A DNA stretch of 64,000 nt from Candidatus Iainarchaeum sp. (GTDB lineage: Archaea; Iainarchaeota; Iainarchaeia; Iainarchaeales; UBA10191), in assembly GCA_030649735.1 (NCBI GenBank), contig JAUSFL010000036.1, forward strand, positions 2,999 through 66,998. Reading direction: 5' to 3'. Of the stretch, positions 1-11,400 are shown piece after piece. Each line of letters starts with the position of its first letter. The stretch's first letter is position 1. The position numbers were made by a program, and so were the translations under genes. Below the pieces are notes generated by a model. That model made no database searches. It had not been told where the DNA came from and saw only the letters and a list, made by a program, of their open reading frames with translations.

Positions 1-334
<334 letters not shown>

Positions 335-547
335 TTAATCAGACTCAAAGCAAGGGCTTCGGCTTTTGCTAAAGAGACTGACCCCCCAATCAACGATTGG
401 GGAAAAAATTACATGAAAGCATCAGGGAAGAGGTTGAGCTCTTCCCTCGCTTTTACTGTAATGAAAAAAGCCAAACTGTTGAGTTAATTTCTCTCAAGCC
501 ATTTTCACATTTACAGGACGTGCCCTACCACAACAGGAGCTCGGTAA

Positions 548-620
548 GGGCTCTTAGATCAGTTGGTAGATCGCCTCGTTTGCAACGAGGAGGCCGGGGG
601 TTCGAGTCCCCCAGAGTCCA
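548..620 (+). tRNA. tRNA-Ala(UGC) in the 16S-23S spacer
   Basis: Manual cloverleaf: acceptor GGGCTCT/AGAGTCC with G3:U70, D stem GATC/GATC, anticodon stem CCTCG/CGAGG with loop TTTGCAA, T arm GGGGG-TTCGAGT-CCCCC. No encoded CCA. Confidence 0.9.
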
Positions 621-944
621 ATGCGCGGTATGCCGCGCGTGCCTAGCCGTGTTGCTGATGCAACACAGCGAGCTACGCAAAACAAACCGCGAACAAAAAT
701 TAACAAAAAGAAAAAGTGTTCCAAAGATTTTTTTGGAATGCAAAGAAAAAAAAATTATAAAAAATTGCGTTCATCAATTCATGGCCCTCTTTTGGGTTTT
801 TGGTGATTATGCACTTTGCGAGGTTTTTCGCAAGGGAAGCAATTGTCGTACAATCGGTTCTACGCAAGTAAACCAGTTGGGGCAGTTGGTGCATTGGAGG
901 AGTAAAAGTAACAAAATAGTGATTTTGTTAGAGAACGTTATTAC

Positions 945-3900
945 GCTGCATAGTGGATAACTAGGCTCTAATGCCGATGAAGGGCGTGGCAAGCTGCGAA
1001 ATGCCTTGGCGAGCTGCATGCGAGCTTTGAACCAGGGATTCCTGAATTATCCAAGAACGTTGGTTTTTGGAGGGCGACGCAGGGAACTGAAGCATCTTAG
1101 TACCTGCAGGAAAAGAAATCAATAGAGATGCTGTTAGTAGGGGCGACCGAAAGCAGCACAGGGCAAACCGAATCCGTTAGCGTGAGTTAATGGAAATGTG
1201 GTGTTTGGGGCCTTTTACAACTTTAAGGAAAAGCTGAAGTGAATTGGAAAATTTTGCCTCAGAGAGTGATAGCCTCGTAAGCGAAAACCGAGAAGTTGAT
1301 TTTTGGATTCCCAGAGTATAGTGCATTGGATGTTGCGCTAGAACATTCCACTCAATTTGTGGAAACCCTAAATACAGATTAGAGACCGATAGCACACTAG
1401 TACCGAGAGGGAAAGTTGAAAAGCACCCTTAACAGGGATTGAAAAGCACTTGAAACTATGCAGTAACATTCAAGACGCAGCATGAAAGAAACGATGCTTG
1501 CAGAAGCGAGCCTTGGCAACGGGGCAAGCGATGCGAGTTGATCAGTGTTGCGTCGTTCGTCATGAATCACGAGCAAGGGAGTTTAGCGAAGTGGCAAAGC
1601 TAACCAATTTTACATTGGGCAGCTGTAAGGAAACTGAAAAACACGCAACCGCTTCGTGCGGCGAGGTGTAACATTCGAAAGAGTGTGAAGTCACTAAGCT
1701 AAGACCTGAAACCATTTGATGTAGGCCTGGGCAGGTTGAAATCTTTCTACCGAAAGATGGAGGACCGCATTCAGTGCTAGTCTAACTGCTTGAGTGACCT
1801 GGGTCTGGTAGTAAAAGGCTAATCGCAAATGGTGATAGCAGGCTCCTTCCGAAAAGCCCCTAAGGGCTGCGTGTTCGGAGACCGCTTGTGGGGTAGAGCT
1901 ACTGATTAGAAATCTCCGGTTGGAAACTTCCGGCTTTCTTCTCAAACTCCAAATCTACAAGCGTCATAGAAGAGCACAGTAGGGGCGGCTGGGTAAGCCG
2001 GTCGTCCTAGAAGGGAACAACCTGAACTGTGGTTAAGGCCCGTAAGTACTAGTTAAGTGTGAATCGTAAAAAGCGTCATTGCCCTAAAACAATGGGGAGG
2101 TTGGCTTAGAAGCAGCCATCCTTTAAAGAATGCGTAACAGCTCACCCATCGAGGACAATGGTCTTGAAAATAAACTGGGCTAAACTAGTCGCCGATACCA
2201 CAGACTACAGTCTTGAAAGACTGTAATGGAGTAGGAAGGTGGTTTGATGGAGTCAAAGCAAGGCAGTAATGTCTTGTGCATCCGTTAAATATATGGATCC
2301 TTGCGCTAGTAATAACGTAGAAAGGTGAGAATCCTTTCCGCCGAAAGTGCCAGGGTTCCTTAGCACTGATCGTCAGCTAAGGGTTAGCCGGTCCTAACTT
2401 CACGCGCAACACGTAGTGAAGGAAAGGGAAACACGTTCATATTCGTGTGCTGTGCAAATACGTTTTTGGCAACAATAGGCAGAATTTCTGACACTTCGGG
2501 CTAGATGAAGCGCGCTCGTCTGCGCGTTTAACAAGCATAAAAGCATGGAGAACTGTAATGGTGAGAAGTGCTTTAAAGCTTGGAATAGTCGAAAGATTTC
2601 ATTAAGGCCTGGAGTCCATGAAAAAGAATTCTGCAAGAATTTTGCACAACCGTACCGAGATCCGAGAAGGGTGTCACTAGCTCAATAGGCTAAGGCGTGT
2701 CAGGGTTACTTAATTTAGGGAAATCGGCAATATTGGCCCCGTATCTTTGGTATAAGGGGTGCCTGGTCCACGTTCTGGACTAGGTTTCAATAACTAAAAG
2801 AGTCCGACTGTTTATCAAAAACACAGGTGACTGCTAGAGCGAAAGCTTGCGAATAGTCGCCGACTTCTGCTCACTGCCAGTACGTGAAAGCTTGTTTCAA
2901 CGAGTCTAAGCGCTGGTAAAGAGCGGGCCTAACTCTGAGGCTCTCATGGTAGCGTAATACCTTGTCGGTTTAATGCCGACTTGCACCAACGAAGTAACGA
3001 GATTCTTGCTGTCCCAAATTTAGGCCTGATGAAATCACTAGGGGGTGAATAGGCCCCCAAACTCCAACGGGAAAAGAAGACCCCACAGAGGTTTACTACA
3101 GTCTGTTGCTGTGATGTGGTTTTTCGTGTCTAGAGTAAATGGGAGCGTCGAAGCAGTTTCGCCAGGAATTGTGGATGCGAAAGTGTAACACCATTCATGA
3201 AGAACTACATTTCTAACAATTAGCGATAATTGGACACCAATTGATGGGTAGTTTGACTGGGGTGGTACGCCCCTGAAAATGTATCAGGGGCGCCCAAAGG
3301 TCTGCTCACGCGAGTCAGAAATTCGCGGTAGAGTGCAAAAGCAAAAGCAGGCTTAACAGTAATCTACTCCGCAAGGATTGCTGGAAGGAAACTTGGGTTT
3401 AGCGAACGTCAGTGTCTCCAATCTTGGGAGCCTGGTCTAACAGTGAACTTACCTTGGGGGTAATTGAGTGGTAGCGGGAGAGAGTACACATCGACCCCGC
3501 TGTTTGCGACCTCGCCGTCGTCTCTTGGCATCCTGGCCGTGCATAAGCGGCCAAGGGTGGAGGTGTTAACTCATTAAAGCCGAACGTTAGTTGGGTTAAG
3601 AACGGTGCGAGCCAGTTTGGTTTTTATCTGTTGGAGTTGCTGATTGCTTGAGGGGAAGCCCCGTTTAGTACGAGAGGAACGATGGAGCGCAGCCACTGGT
3701 GTGCCAGTTGTCTGACAAGGCAGTGCTGGGTAGCTACGCTGTAGATTATAAGGGCTGAAAGCATCTAAGCCCGAAGAATCTCCTGAAAAGAAGCAATCAT
3801 TCTGGAAACCAGTTATCGCGAGATGATTGGTGAAGGAGTAGAGCGCCCATAGAACATGGGGTTGATAGGTTACGGATGTAAGCACGAAGCGCAAGCGACG

Positions 3901-3956
3901 TGTTAAGTCCAGTGATACTAAAAGCTCAAAAAGTTCTCATAACTTCAAACCACTAT
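945..3956 (+). rRNA. rrl: 23S (LSU) rRNA, apparently intron-free; ends approximate
   Basis: 5' GATGAAGGGCGTGGCAAGCTGCGAAATGCC; P-loop TGACTGGGGTGGT; sarcin-ricin loop AGTACGAGAGGAAC; PTC-region strings at 3457-3600. ATAGTGG (949-955) can pair with CCACTAT (3950-3956) as a terminal helix. No 5S-like sequence follows. Confidence 0.92.
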
Positions 3957-4069
3957 CGGAAACTTTTATTCCTCCACTAAAATGCATTAAACGCAAAAGT
4001 GCATACTTTTTTTATTTTTTAAAAACGCCTAGACGTCAGTATTTTATTTGAAAGAGCACTATTTGTTTC

Positions 4070-5806
4070 ATGCAAGCAAAGCATTTTGCAATTTTGCTGA
4101 TTCTTGGCCTGACAATCTTAATCACGCTTTCAGGCTGCACTAAACCGCCAGCTTGCGGGGATGGAGTTTGCGAAACAGGATTAGAAAATGAAACTAACTG
4201 CCAAACTGATTGCCAAGCATCAAACCCCGACAATCCTGAAAATGCAGGGCCAGCAAACCCTAATCCTGCAGAAGTTTCAAGCCAGGAAATAAATTTTATT
4301 TCTTCACTTTCAGTCCAAACAAAAGCAAACACTGCAATTTTGCTTCCTAATACTTTTTTCATAATTTCTTCAAACGATTACAACCAATTGTTTAGGCAAG
4401 CTTGTCCGACAGGATATGTTGCGGTTGGATCTTTCAAGCCAGACTCAATACCCAACAACCAACAATACCCTACGGCCTTTGACATTTACCAAGGACAATT
4501 AAAAAGCGGCTGGCTGACTCTATGCACGAAAACTCCAAAAAAGAATTTCTTGCTTATCAGCGTGGATACTTATGGAAAAGTTCAAAGAAAGCAATGCCCT
4601 GAATTTGGCCTGCAAGTCAAAGGAAGATGGAAGCCCCAATACAGCACTTCAAGCATTACTGGAATTGACAAATTGCCTACTGGAGAAAGCAGGAGCATAA
4701 TGAACGGGTGGATGGACTTATGCTCTGAAGATTTGATAACAGTCATTGGATTGGATGCTTTTTCAACGCGCGTTGAAACCTGTCCTTCAGACAAGCCAAT
4801 AAGCGCAGGAGCATTCAAGCCACAATCCGTGCCTAACAATCCTTCAACACCCACTGGAAATGATGTTCACGGCCACCGAATAAGCAATGGCTGGCTTGTT
4901 TCATGCAGTGCAAGGCCCTTGGAAAATCCCTGCCGAGACTTGATTCCCGGGCAAAATAACAGTTCAGAAAACAGGATTAATGTGGTCTTCATAGGATTTG
5001 GGTACAATAATGACTTGAACAATTTTATAAGAATAACCAGAAGATTATTGCAGCAAGGCGAAGACGGGTTTGGGTCAATAGAGCCGTATGCGTCAAACTT
5101 AAGCAGATTTAATTTTTACTATACTCCACTCACTCCTTTCGAAGGCTATTTTGACAATATCTCAGGATCAATTGTCCCTAATCAAAGGGCACTTGCAAGA
5201 GTCGATGAATTAGAGTCAGGGTGCAGATTTAGAGCTGGGTTAAATGTGCAAAGGATTGGATTGAGCAGCAATTTTATCGGATCTCACGCGGGCTTAAACA
5301 GCGGAGACAGCTGGAGCTATTACCCAAACAACCCAGAATATATGGATTTGAGGACTGTAGTCCACGAAGTTGGGCATTCTTTCGGAGGCCTTTTCGACGA
5401 GAGAGATTCTTTTGAAGGAATGTCAGCTGGAGGAAATCCTAATGGCGAAAATAGGAATTGCTTTTCAGCAAGCAGCCAGTCAAACTGCATTAGAGACTCT
5501 AATTGGGCTGACTTGGTTGGAAATGGCTGCGGGCAAGATGGCGTGATAGACTGTAATGAATCAAACCCAAACAAGATTCTTGAAGTCGGGTGTTTCTCAG
5601 GCTGCAGCTACAACAATTTCTACAGGCCTACATGGAACTCTTTAATGGGTTTTACTTCAAATACTTCAAACTTGGGGCAAGTAAATCAGAGAATACTCTG
5701 CAGGCTCATAAAAGAAAAGACCGGCTCTGTTGGCGGAATTTGCAATTCGCTTTGCATTAACGGCTGCAATGCGGGAAAGAAATGCATTCAAGGCGAATGC
5801 AGGTAA
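4070..5806 (+). CDS. Secreted or lipoprotein-like zinc metallopeptidase, M64 (IgA-peptidase)-like
   Basis: 578-aa ORF. Hydrophobic N-terminus ending LSGC, CGDGVCE..C..DC Cys module, zinc motif VVHEVGHSFGGLFDE resembling Peptidase_M64, Cys-rich C-terminus. Confidence 0.8.
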   Translation: MQAKHFAILLILGLTILITLSGCTKPPACGDGVCETGLENETNCQTDCQASNPDNPENAGPANPNPAEVSSQEINFISSLSVQTKANTAILLPNTFFIISSNDYNQLFRQACPTGYVAVGSFKPDSIPNNQQYPTAFDIYQGQLKSGWLTLCTKTPKKNFLLISVDTYGKVQRKQCPEFGLQVKGRWKPQYSTSSITGIDKLPTGESRSIMNGWMDLCSEDLITVIGLDAFSTRVETCPSDKPISAGAFKPQSVPNNPSTPTGNDVHGHRISNGWLVSCSARPLENPCRDLIPGQNNSSENRINVVFIGFGYNNDLNNFIRITRRLLQQGEDGFGSIEPYASNLSRFNFYYTPLTPFEGYFDNISGSIVPNQRALARVDELESGCRFRAGLNVQRIGLSSNFIGSHAGLNSGDSWSYYPNNPEYMDLRTVVHEVGHSFGGLFDERDSFEGMSAGGNPNGENRNCFSASSQSNCIRDSNWADLVGNGCGQDGVIDCNESNPNKILEVGCFSGCSYNNFYRPTWNSLMGFTSNTSNLGQVNQRILCRLIKEKTGSVGGICNSLCINGCNAGKKCIQGECR

Positions 5807-5876
5807 TTTCACAAACAAAAAACCCGGAAAAATTCTTCAGCAGAAGTATTTTATTCAACACAGCCTTAATTCTTTC

Positions 5877-6962
5877 ATGCCTGAAGAGATTACATTAAAG
5901 AAAGGCAAATCTTTCACTGCAAAGTCAGGAATTAAAGTCATTAATGAAAGCGGTGGCTTTAAAATCTTGAAAGACAACATAGAGCACAATTTTGTCAACC
6001 TTGCTTTGAAAATTGATTCAGAAAAAACTACAATCCAGCTTAGGGAAAATGAAGGCGCAACAATCTGGCGTGGCACTGCAATAAAAGCCATTGAGATTGG
6101 CTTGAAAGGAGAAACAGTAAAGTTAAAAATTTTTGATCCGGACAAGGAAGAAAGCAAAGAATTCGGCAAATTTGAGAAAGCCGCGCCCGGAATTGTGAAA
6201 AAGCTAGAGAAAAAATTCAATGAAAAGGCAGGAGAAAGCTTTGTTTTTGAAGAAAGAACGCGCAAATCAGAGAATTATCCGGGAATAGACTCTAAAAGAT
6301 ACTTGCTTCCAAAAAGCGGAATAATTATAGAAGCTTCACAATGGAACCGCAACTTTGGAATGAAAGAGTTTGACAAAAAAGACTCCAAAATCAAAGAATT
6401 TAACGGAAAGAAAGTCGTCTGCTTTGGAAAAACTTGCGTTTTTCGGGAAAAATACGATAATGTATTGGCTGTTATTGGAAAAGACGCAATACTCGTTGGC
6501 TTTGAATTTCCCACAGCATTGATTGTGCGTTTGAAAGATTCTGAAACAGACATAAAAATTCCGCATGTTACCAAACGGTTTTTCTGGAATGCTGAAGAAG
6601 AGACAAAAAGCGACATTTTCAATTACCAGAACAAAAACAACAGATTGGCTGACTGGGTTGCATTCATTGCGTTCACTCTGGTTTTTTCTTCCATATTTTC
6701 CGCCTTGATTGGCATAATGCCAAAACCGACTTTCATAATCGCGTACTTCGTGATTTTGGGGATATTACTTTTTACAATTCCAAGATTTTACAGGGCTCCG
6801 GGAAAAAGCGCTGCTTACTTTTTGCTTACCAGATTCTTGTTTTCCTTGATTCCAACAACAATAATCCTTGCAGCCTTCGGATTTTTGGGAATCATTGGAT
6901 TCATTGCCTGCTTCATTGCAACAATTGTAGTGATTTTTATTTCTTTAATGGCATCAACTTGA
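5877..6962 (+). CDS. Hypothetical membrane protein (soluble Lys-rich N-domain plus about 4 C-terminal TM helices)
   Basis: ORF-track ORF 5730-6962 overlaps the upstream gene. First ATG after that gene's stop is 5877 (MPEEITLKK). C-terminal 110 aa are strongly hydrophobic. Confidence 0.6.
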   Translation: MPEEITLKKGKSFTAKSGIKVINESGGFKILKDNIEHNFVNLALKIDSEKTTIQLRENEGATIWRGTAIKAIEIGLKGETVKLKIFDPDKEESKEFGKFEKAAPGIVKKLEKKFNEKAGESFVFEERTRKSENYPGIDSKRYLLPKSGIIIEASQWNRNFGMKEFDKKDSKIKEFNGKKVVCFGKTCVFREKYDNVLAVIGKDAILVGFEFPTALIVRLKDSETDIKIPHVTKRFFWNAEEETKSDIFNYQNKNNRLADWVAFIAFTLVFSSIFSALIGIMPKPTFIIAYFVILGILLFTIPRFYRAPGKSAAYFLLTRFLFSLIPTTIILAAFGFLGIIGFIACFIATIVVIFISLMAST

Positions 6963-6996
6963 AGAACTGCAACCAGCGCCAGGCACAAATGATTGC

Positions 6997-7200
6997 TTAC
7001 TTTTTGCTTCCGCGAAGGCTCATTCCCAAATAGAAAAAGATTGCCGCGATTAAACTCCAAGTCAAGTTTTCGCTTAACGGCGCGCATTGCTTAGGAATTA
7101 CTGCGAGCGTAGAGCAATTAAGGATTGAAAACAAAACCAAAACAACTAAGAAAACAGCAATTGCAAATGCAATCTTGAACTTTGAAGGCTTGAAGTTCAT
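6997..7200 (-). CDS. Small two-TM membrane protein, paralog B
   Basis: 67 aa, MNFKPSKFK.. then two hydrophobic helices with 2 Cys between them. The first 20 nt of the CDS are identical to the upstream paralog. Its ATG overlaps the upstream stop by 4 nt. Confidence 0.55.
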   Translation of the reverse strand: MNFKPSKFKIAFAIAVFLVVLVLFSILNCSTLAVIPKQCAPLSENLTWSLIAAIFFYLGMSLRGSKK

Positions 7201-7409
7201 TTCTTTCCCTTAGTTTTTTCAACCAAACTCCAGGCCAAATAAACAACAATTGCAGCAATCAGCTCATATTCCAAAAAAGAAAACAGGTTAGGCACAATGC
7301 AAATGTCGCCACTGCAAACTGGCTTGGCAATCCAGCGCAAAGCAACAAAAACCAGTGCAAAAGCGATTATTGAAAACAACACTTTCAATTTTGAAGGCTT
7401 GAAGTTCAT
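7197..7409 (-). CDS. Small two-TM membrane protein, paralog A
   Basis: 70 aa, MNFKPSKLK.. with the same architecture as 6997-7200. 4-nt start/stop overlaps on both sides. Confidence 0.55.
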   Translation of the reverse strand: MNFKPSKLKVLFSIIAFALVFVALRWIAKPVCSGDICIVPNLFSFLEYELIAAIVVYLAWSLVEKTKGKK

Positions 7410-7633
7410 TTCTTCCCATTCCTTCTGTACAATTCCTTGCGGAGCTCGAATGGAAGAATTCCAAAATCGCGCATTTTCTCAAGCTCGCTTGTGGAAATTT
7501 TTGAAGCATTAATTTTGTGCGCTGAAGTTTTGGAAAGAGCGTGAAGGCTTTCGAAAGAATGCTTTTTCTTTACTGCTGACGGCTTGCTTTTGGCTGCGGG
7601 CTTTCTTGAAATGGGTTTCTTTTTCTTTGGCAT
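7406..7633 (-). CDS. Small basic protein, first gene of a three-gene mini-operon
   Basis: 75 aa with a Lys/Pro-rich N-terminus (MPKKKKPISRKPAAKSKP). Translationally coupled to the two small TM genes. No recognisable domain. Confidence 0.45.
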   Translation of the reverse strand: MPKKKKPISRKPAAKSKPSAVKKKHSFESLHALSKTSAHKINASKISTSELEKMRDFGILPFELRKELYRRNGKK

Positions 7634-7693
7634 TTTTTCCCCATTTAAAGACAGTTTTTCCCTTTAAAAAACCTTTCTTCCACATAATATTTT

Positions 7694-7958
7694 GAGCAGT
7701 GGATGGATTGCTACAGCTACCCTTTGGGGAAGTTAGGAAGGTCTGCCCACTTTAATTCAAAACAAGTTTCGCGAGAAATTCCACCTGAACAGAAACGATA
7801 TCCTTTACAGGAATGAAACGGCGGGTGGTTAAACAACAGGTCATTCCTGTTGGAGTGCAAGCATTATTAATGCGCTCAGGCGAATGCAATCTCAAACGCA
7901 GCAAAGCGCAATAGTCGCTTTTGCGTGAGAACAAAAGGCAGCCTACAATCCACTGCTC
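7694..7958 (+). ncRNA. rnpB: RNase P RNA (compact archaeal form)
   Basis: Terminal helix GAGCAGTGGA (7694-7703) pairs with TCCACTGCTC (7949-7958). CR-I-like TAGGAAGGTCTGCCC, CR-II/III-like CTGAACAGAAAC, CR-V-like GAGAACAAAAGGCAGCCTAC. The P4 strands CTGCC and GGCAG are complementary. Lies in a gap between CDSs; the 60-aa antisense ORF is spurious. Confidence 0.75.
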
Positions 7959-8021
7959 AATTTTTCTCTTTTTTAATTCCTAAACAACTGGTTTTTTATA
8001 TTTTAAAGGCATTATTTTTTC

Positions 8022-8387
8022 ATGAGCCCTAGAAGAAAGCCCAATGGACCTCCAAACCCGAATAGCATTACTGAAACCTCAAGGCTTTTGGCCGGCGATC
8101 CCGCAATAATGGCGCAATACTTCAAAAAATACCAAGTAAGAAGCATGGATGAATTATACCACAAGCTTTTCTCCAAGAAGAACAGCCATGAACAAATGAC
8201 AAAGAAAGAATGGGGATTATTGCAGGCCATGGGAAAAGTCGCAATGAAAAACCACCAGGCAGAAGCAGCAGAGCATGGAATGCATTACGAACACGGCCCA
8301 TTCGAAGAAGGCAAGCCAACACCTAAAGCTTTAAGGGAAAACCCAATCATTAAGGCAATGCGCAGGAACAAGAGAAGGCCGCTTTAA
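8022..8387 (+). CDS. Hypothetical small charged protein
   Basis: 121-aa ORF with ATG start and a TATA-like TTTTTATATTTTAAAGG about 15-30 nt upstream. No recognisable motif. Confidence 0.5.
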   Translation: MSPRRKPNGPPNPNSITETSRLLAGDPAIMAQYFKKYQVRSMDELYHKLFSKKNSHEQMTKKEWGLLQAMGKVAMKNHQAEAAEHGMHYEHGPFEEGKPTPKALRENPIIKAMRRNKRRPL

Positions 8388-8459
8388 ACAAGGCCTTGGC
8401 TTGCGTCGATATTTGCGCCAAATAAGAATGCAAAACAGTTAAATACTAGTTTTTGCATT

Positions 8460-11400
8460 TTGAATGAAAGAGTGGGGGATTTTGCCTTGGATTTTAAATT
8501 AACAATCGCGGCTTTAGCAGTAATTGGAGCATTGCTTTTTTTGAGCGGGTGCATTCAGCCAAGCATTCCGCAATGCGGCGACAATATTTGCGACCAGACT
8601 TTAGAAGCAAACCCTCAATTGCCGTCATATTGCCAGCAAGACTGCGGAATCCCGGACACTAACAATGAAATCCCAGTAGACTCTAACCAGGCGTTAGACA
8701 CTAATGCCAGAATTGAATCCAGAATTTTCACTTCAAGCGCTCAAGCAAGTGTTTCAGACTTTGCATTCTGCGGAAGCAACTGCATTTCTTTCGCAGTGAA
8801 CCAAACTCCATTGATTAATGGAGAATTCTGGGTCAAAATAACATCTAATGAAAACGAAAACTTGATGATTGAATTAAGGCAGGCAAACTGCTCTGCAGTT
8901 TCCAATACAATAAAATGCGTTTCAGACCAAATCCTGACTTTGGACAAAAGCAAAATTTACGCTTTCACTGCAAACATTCCGGTGGAAACTACTGCAAATG
9001 CGGCAGCAGAAGAACCATCAATAACGCCAATTGCATACTTTTCTGACATTTCGCAAGACGGGCCTGTAGGGAATGCAAGCATTACTGCAAGCGGGGAAAT
9101 TTGCGCAAGCTGTGACTCAAGCAAATTGAATGACGGAAGCCAAAAACTGACAGTCAATGGCTCTGAAGTCCAGGCACAGACTGAAATAGTCTGTTCTGCA
9201 ACTTCAAGCACGACTGCAGTGAATCCTTTGGTTTGGAAATTTGTGCCGCTTGGCGGCGGAGATGCAAGATTCACAGCACCGAAAGCACAATGCGTTGAAT
9301 CATTCAACGGCTGGGTTACTTCTTTAGGAAAATTCATTGTTGTTTCTGGAACAGGCCAACAGAATAATTTTGGAGCCTGGATTACAGAATACCCTACGGC
9401 AGAAATAGTTTACGGAGACAATTACGCAAAGTTTGGAATGTTTATTTTGGGAAGCGCAAATTCAGCAGATGACGCGCCAAACATGGTCATGACAGTCTCT
9501 GATGACTTGGGCGAAGTTCATTACGACCAAACTTACTTTTCAGTCTGGGGCGTGCCTTTCAATACTCCATTAACCCCAAGGGCAGATCCGCCAAACAATC
9601 CTTCTGGGCATTCTACTGAAAATTATTACAGCGTAGTCTATCCAAAAAGCATGCTGAAATCCCATTTTGGAAGCGCTGGAAAAGTGAAATACTCTCTTAT
9701 TTTTGACGGAGTCAACACGCAGGCCAAAAAGCCAATTCCAACAAGCGCATCATTCTTTGCTTCTGCAGACAATGACCCTTTAACAATTCAAACAAATGTT
9801 TACAATGCGCCAAACAATTTGATAGCAAAATTCAACCTCAAGGAAGGCAGTAATGGCTTTGAAAAAGAAATAACCGCGGGAATGACTCTGGACCAATTAT
9901 ACCAAGATCCTTCAAAAGGGCTTGTAATAAAATTAAACAATCAAACAGGCAATGCCGACGCGCAATGGGTTTACACCGGCGATGAATTAAAGCTTTCAAG
10001 CCTGACCGCATTATACAAGGTCAAGGTTGTTATCGGAAGCAATGCAGCCCAGGGAAAAACTCCAAAATTCTCTTTCTATGTGAATGACGAGGCTTGGGAA
10101 ATAGCAAGCGGAGTCACAGTATACCCGAAAGCAAACTCTGACAGGCATCCAAGCAATGGAAACACAAAAACTTATGAATTATTCTTAAGCCCGCCTGCAG
10201 GCAGTCCTGCATGGGATGGCGGCTATAATGAAACCGGCCTTGGATTCAGGTTCAGGATGTTCCATTATGACGATGCCGGAGCAGACCCTAATGCAATGAT
10301 TTGGCTTGAAAGCATGGAATTTTACGGGCCTGATGGAACTTCTTATGTTCCAAACTGCGGCAATGGAACATTAGACACTGGAGAAAAATGCGATTTGGCA
10401 AACCTTGACGGAAAAACCTGCATTAACATGGGGTTTGCAAGCGGGACACTGTCATGCAAAAGCAGTTGTGATTTTGATACTTCAAACTGCACTGGCGCGG
10501 GCGGGTTTTGCGGAAACAGCAAAATTGACTCTAAAGAGCAATGCGATTTGGCAAACTTAAATGGAAAAACCTGCGAAAACACTGGATTCACTGGCGGAGG
10601 AACGCTTTCCTGCAATGCAGACTGCACTTTAAACACTGGAAAATGCATTCAAGCGCCGCCGGCTTGTGGAAACAACAGCATTGATGCTGGAGAGCAATGC
10701 GATGGAAGCAATCTAAATGGAAAAACCTGCGATAGCCTGGGATATGCGAGCGGAACTCCAGCATGCAACAGCAACTGCACTTTCAATGTTTCAAACTGCC
10801 AAGTGTTAAGGAACAGTGGTTTTGAAACTTGGGAAAATGGATTGCCAAAATACTGGAGTGCACTAAATTCTTACAGCAGCAGCTCCAGCAAAATAGAACA
10901 GTCAACAGACAAGGTTGAAGGCTCAAAATCAGCAAAGATTACTTCAAAATCCACGACTTTTGGGTTAAACTCTGACGGATTCATAGTTCAAGGCGGGGAC
11001 ACTGTCACTGTAAAATTCAATGCAAAGGCAGGCAATAGCAGCAGGCCTTACAAAGTAACTCTGACAGCATACCCTTATGGCGGAACTCCAGCATACCCTG
11101 GGCCTCACACGGCAACAGTTGAAGGATCAAATACAAGCTGGCAGGAAAAAACTTTGACTTACACTGCGCCTGAAGGAAAAAACAACGCGTCAATTTTAAT
11201 GAGCATAAAAAATGTAGACTATGACCACACGGGAACAGCATTTTTTGACAATTTCAGAATTTCAATCACTAGAAACAATGCAACATCTTGCGTCAAGCCC
11301 TTTGTGAGGAGAAGCTCCTGCGATGTTACAACCAGCTTGTGCGGCGATGGAACAATTGCCGGCTATGAGCAATGCGAAGGGACAAATTTTGGCGGCGCAA

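Noticed and set aside
3957-4069. Possible 5S rRNA after the 23S
   Set aside because: The spacer is only about 110 nt, AT-rich and dominated by T-tracts. No 5S-like helices or conserved loops are present, so 5S must be encoded elsewhere.
5730-5876. N-terminal extension of the 410-aa ORF overlapping the M64-like gene
   Set aside because: The overlap is 77 nt in another frame. The first ATG after the upstream stop (5877) gives a sensible start.
7752-7934. 60-aa minus-strand ORF
   Set aside because: It lies entirely within, and antisense to, the RNase P RNA candidate.
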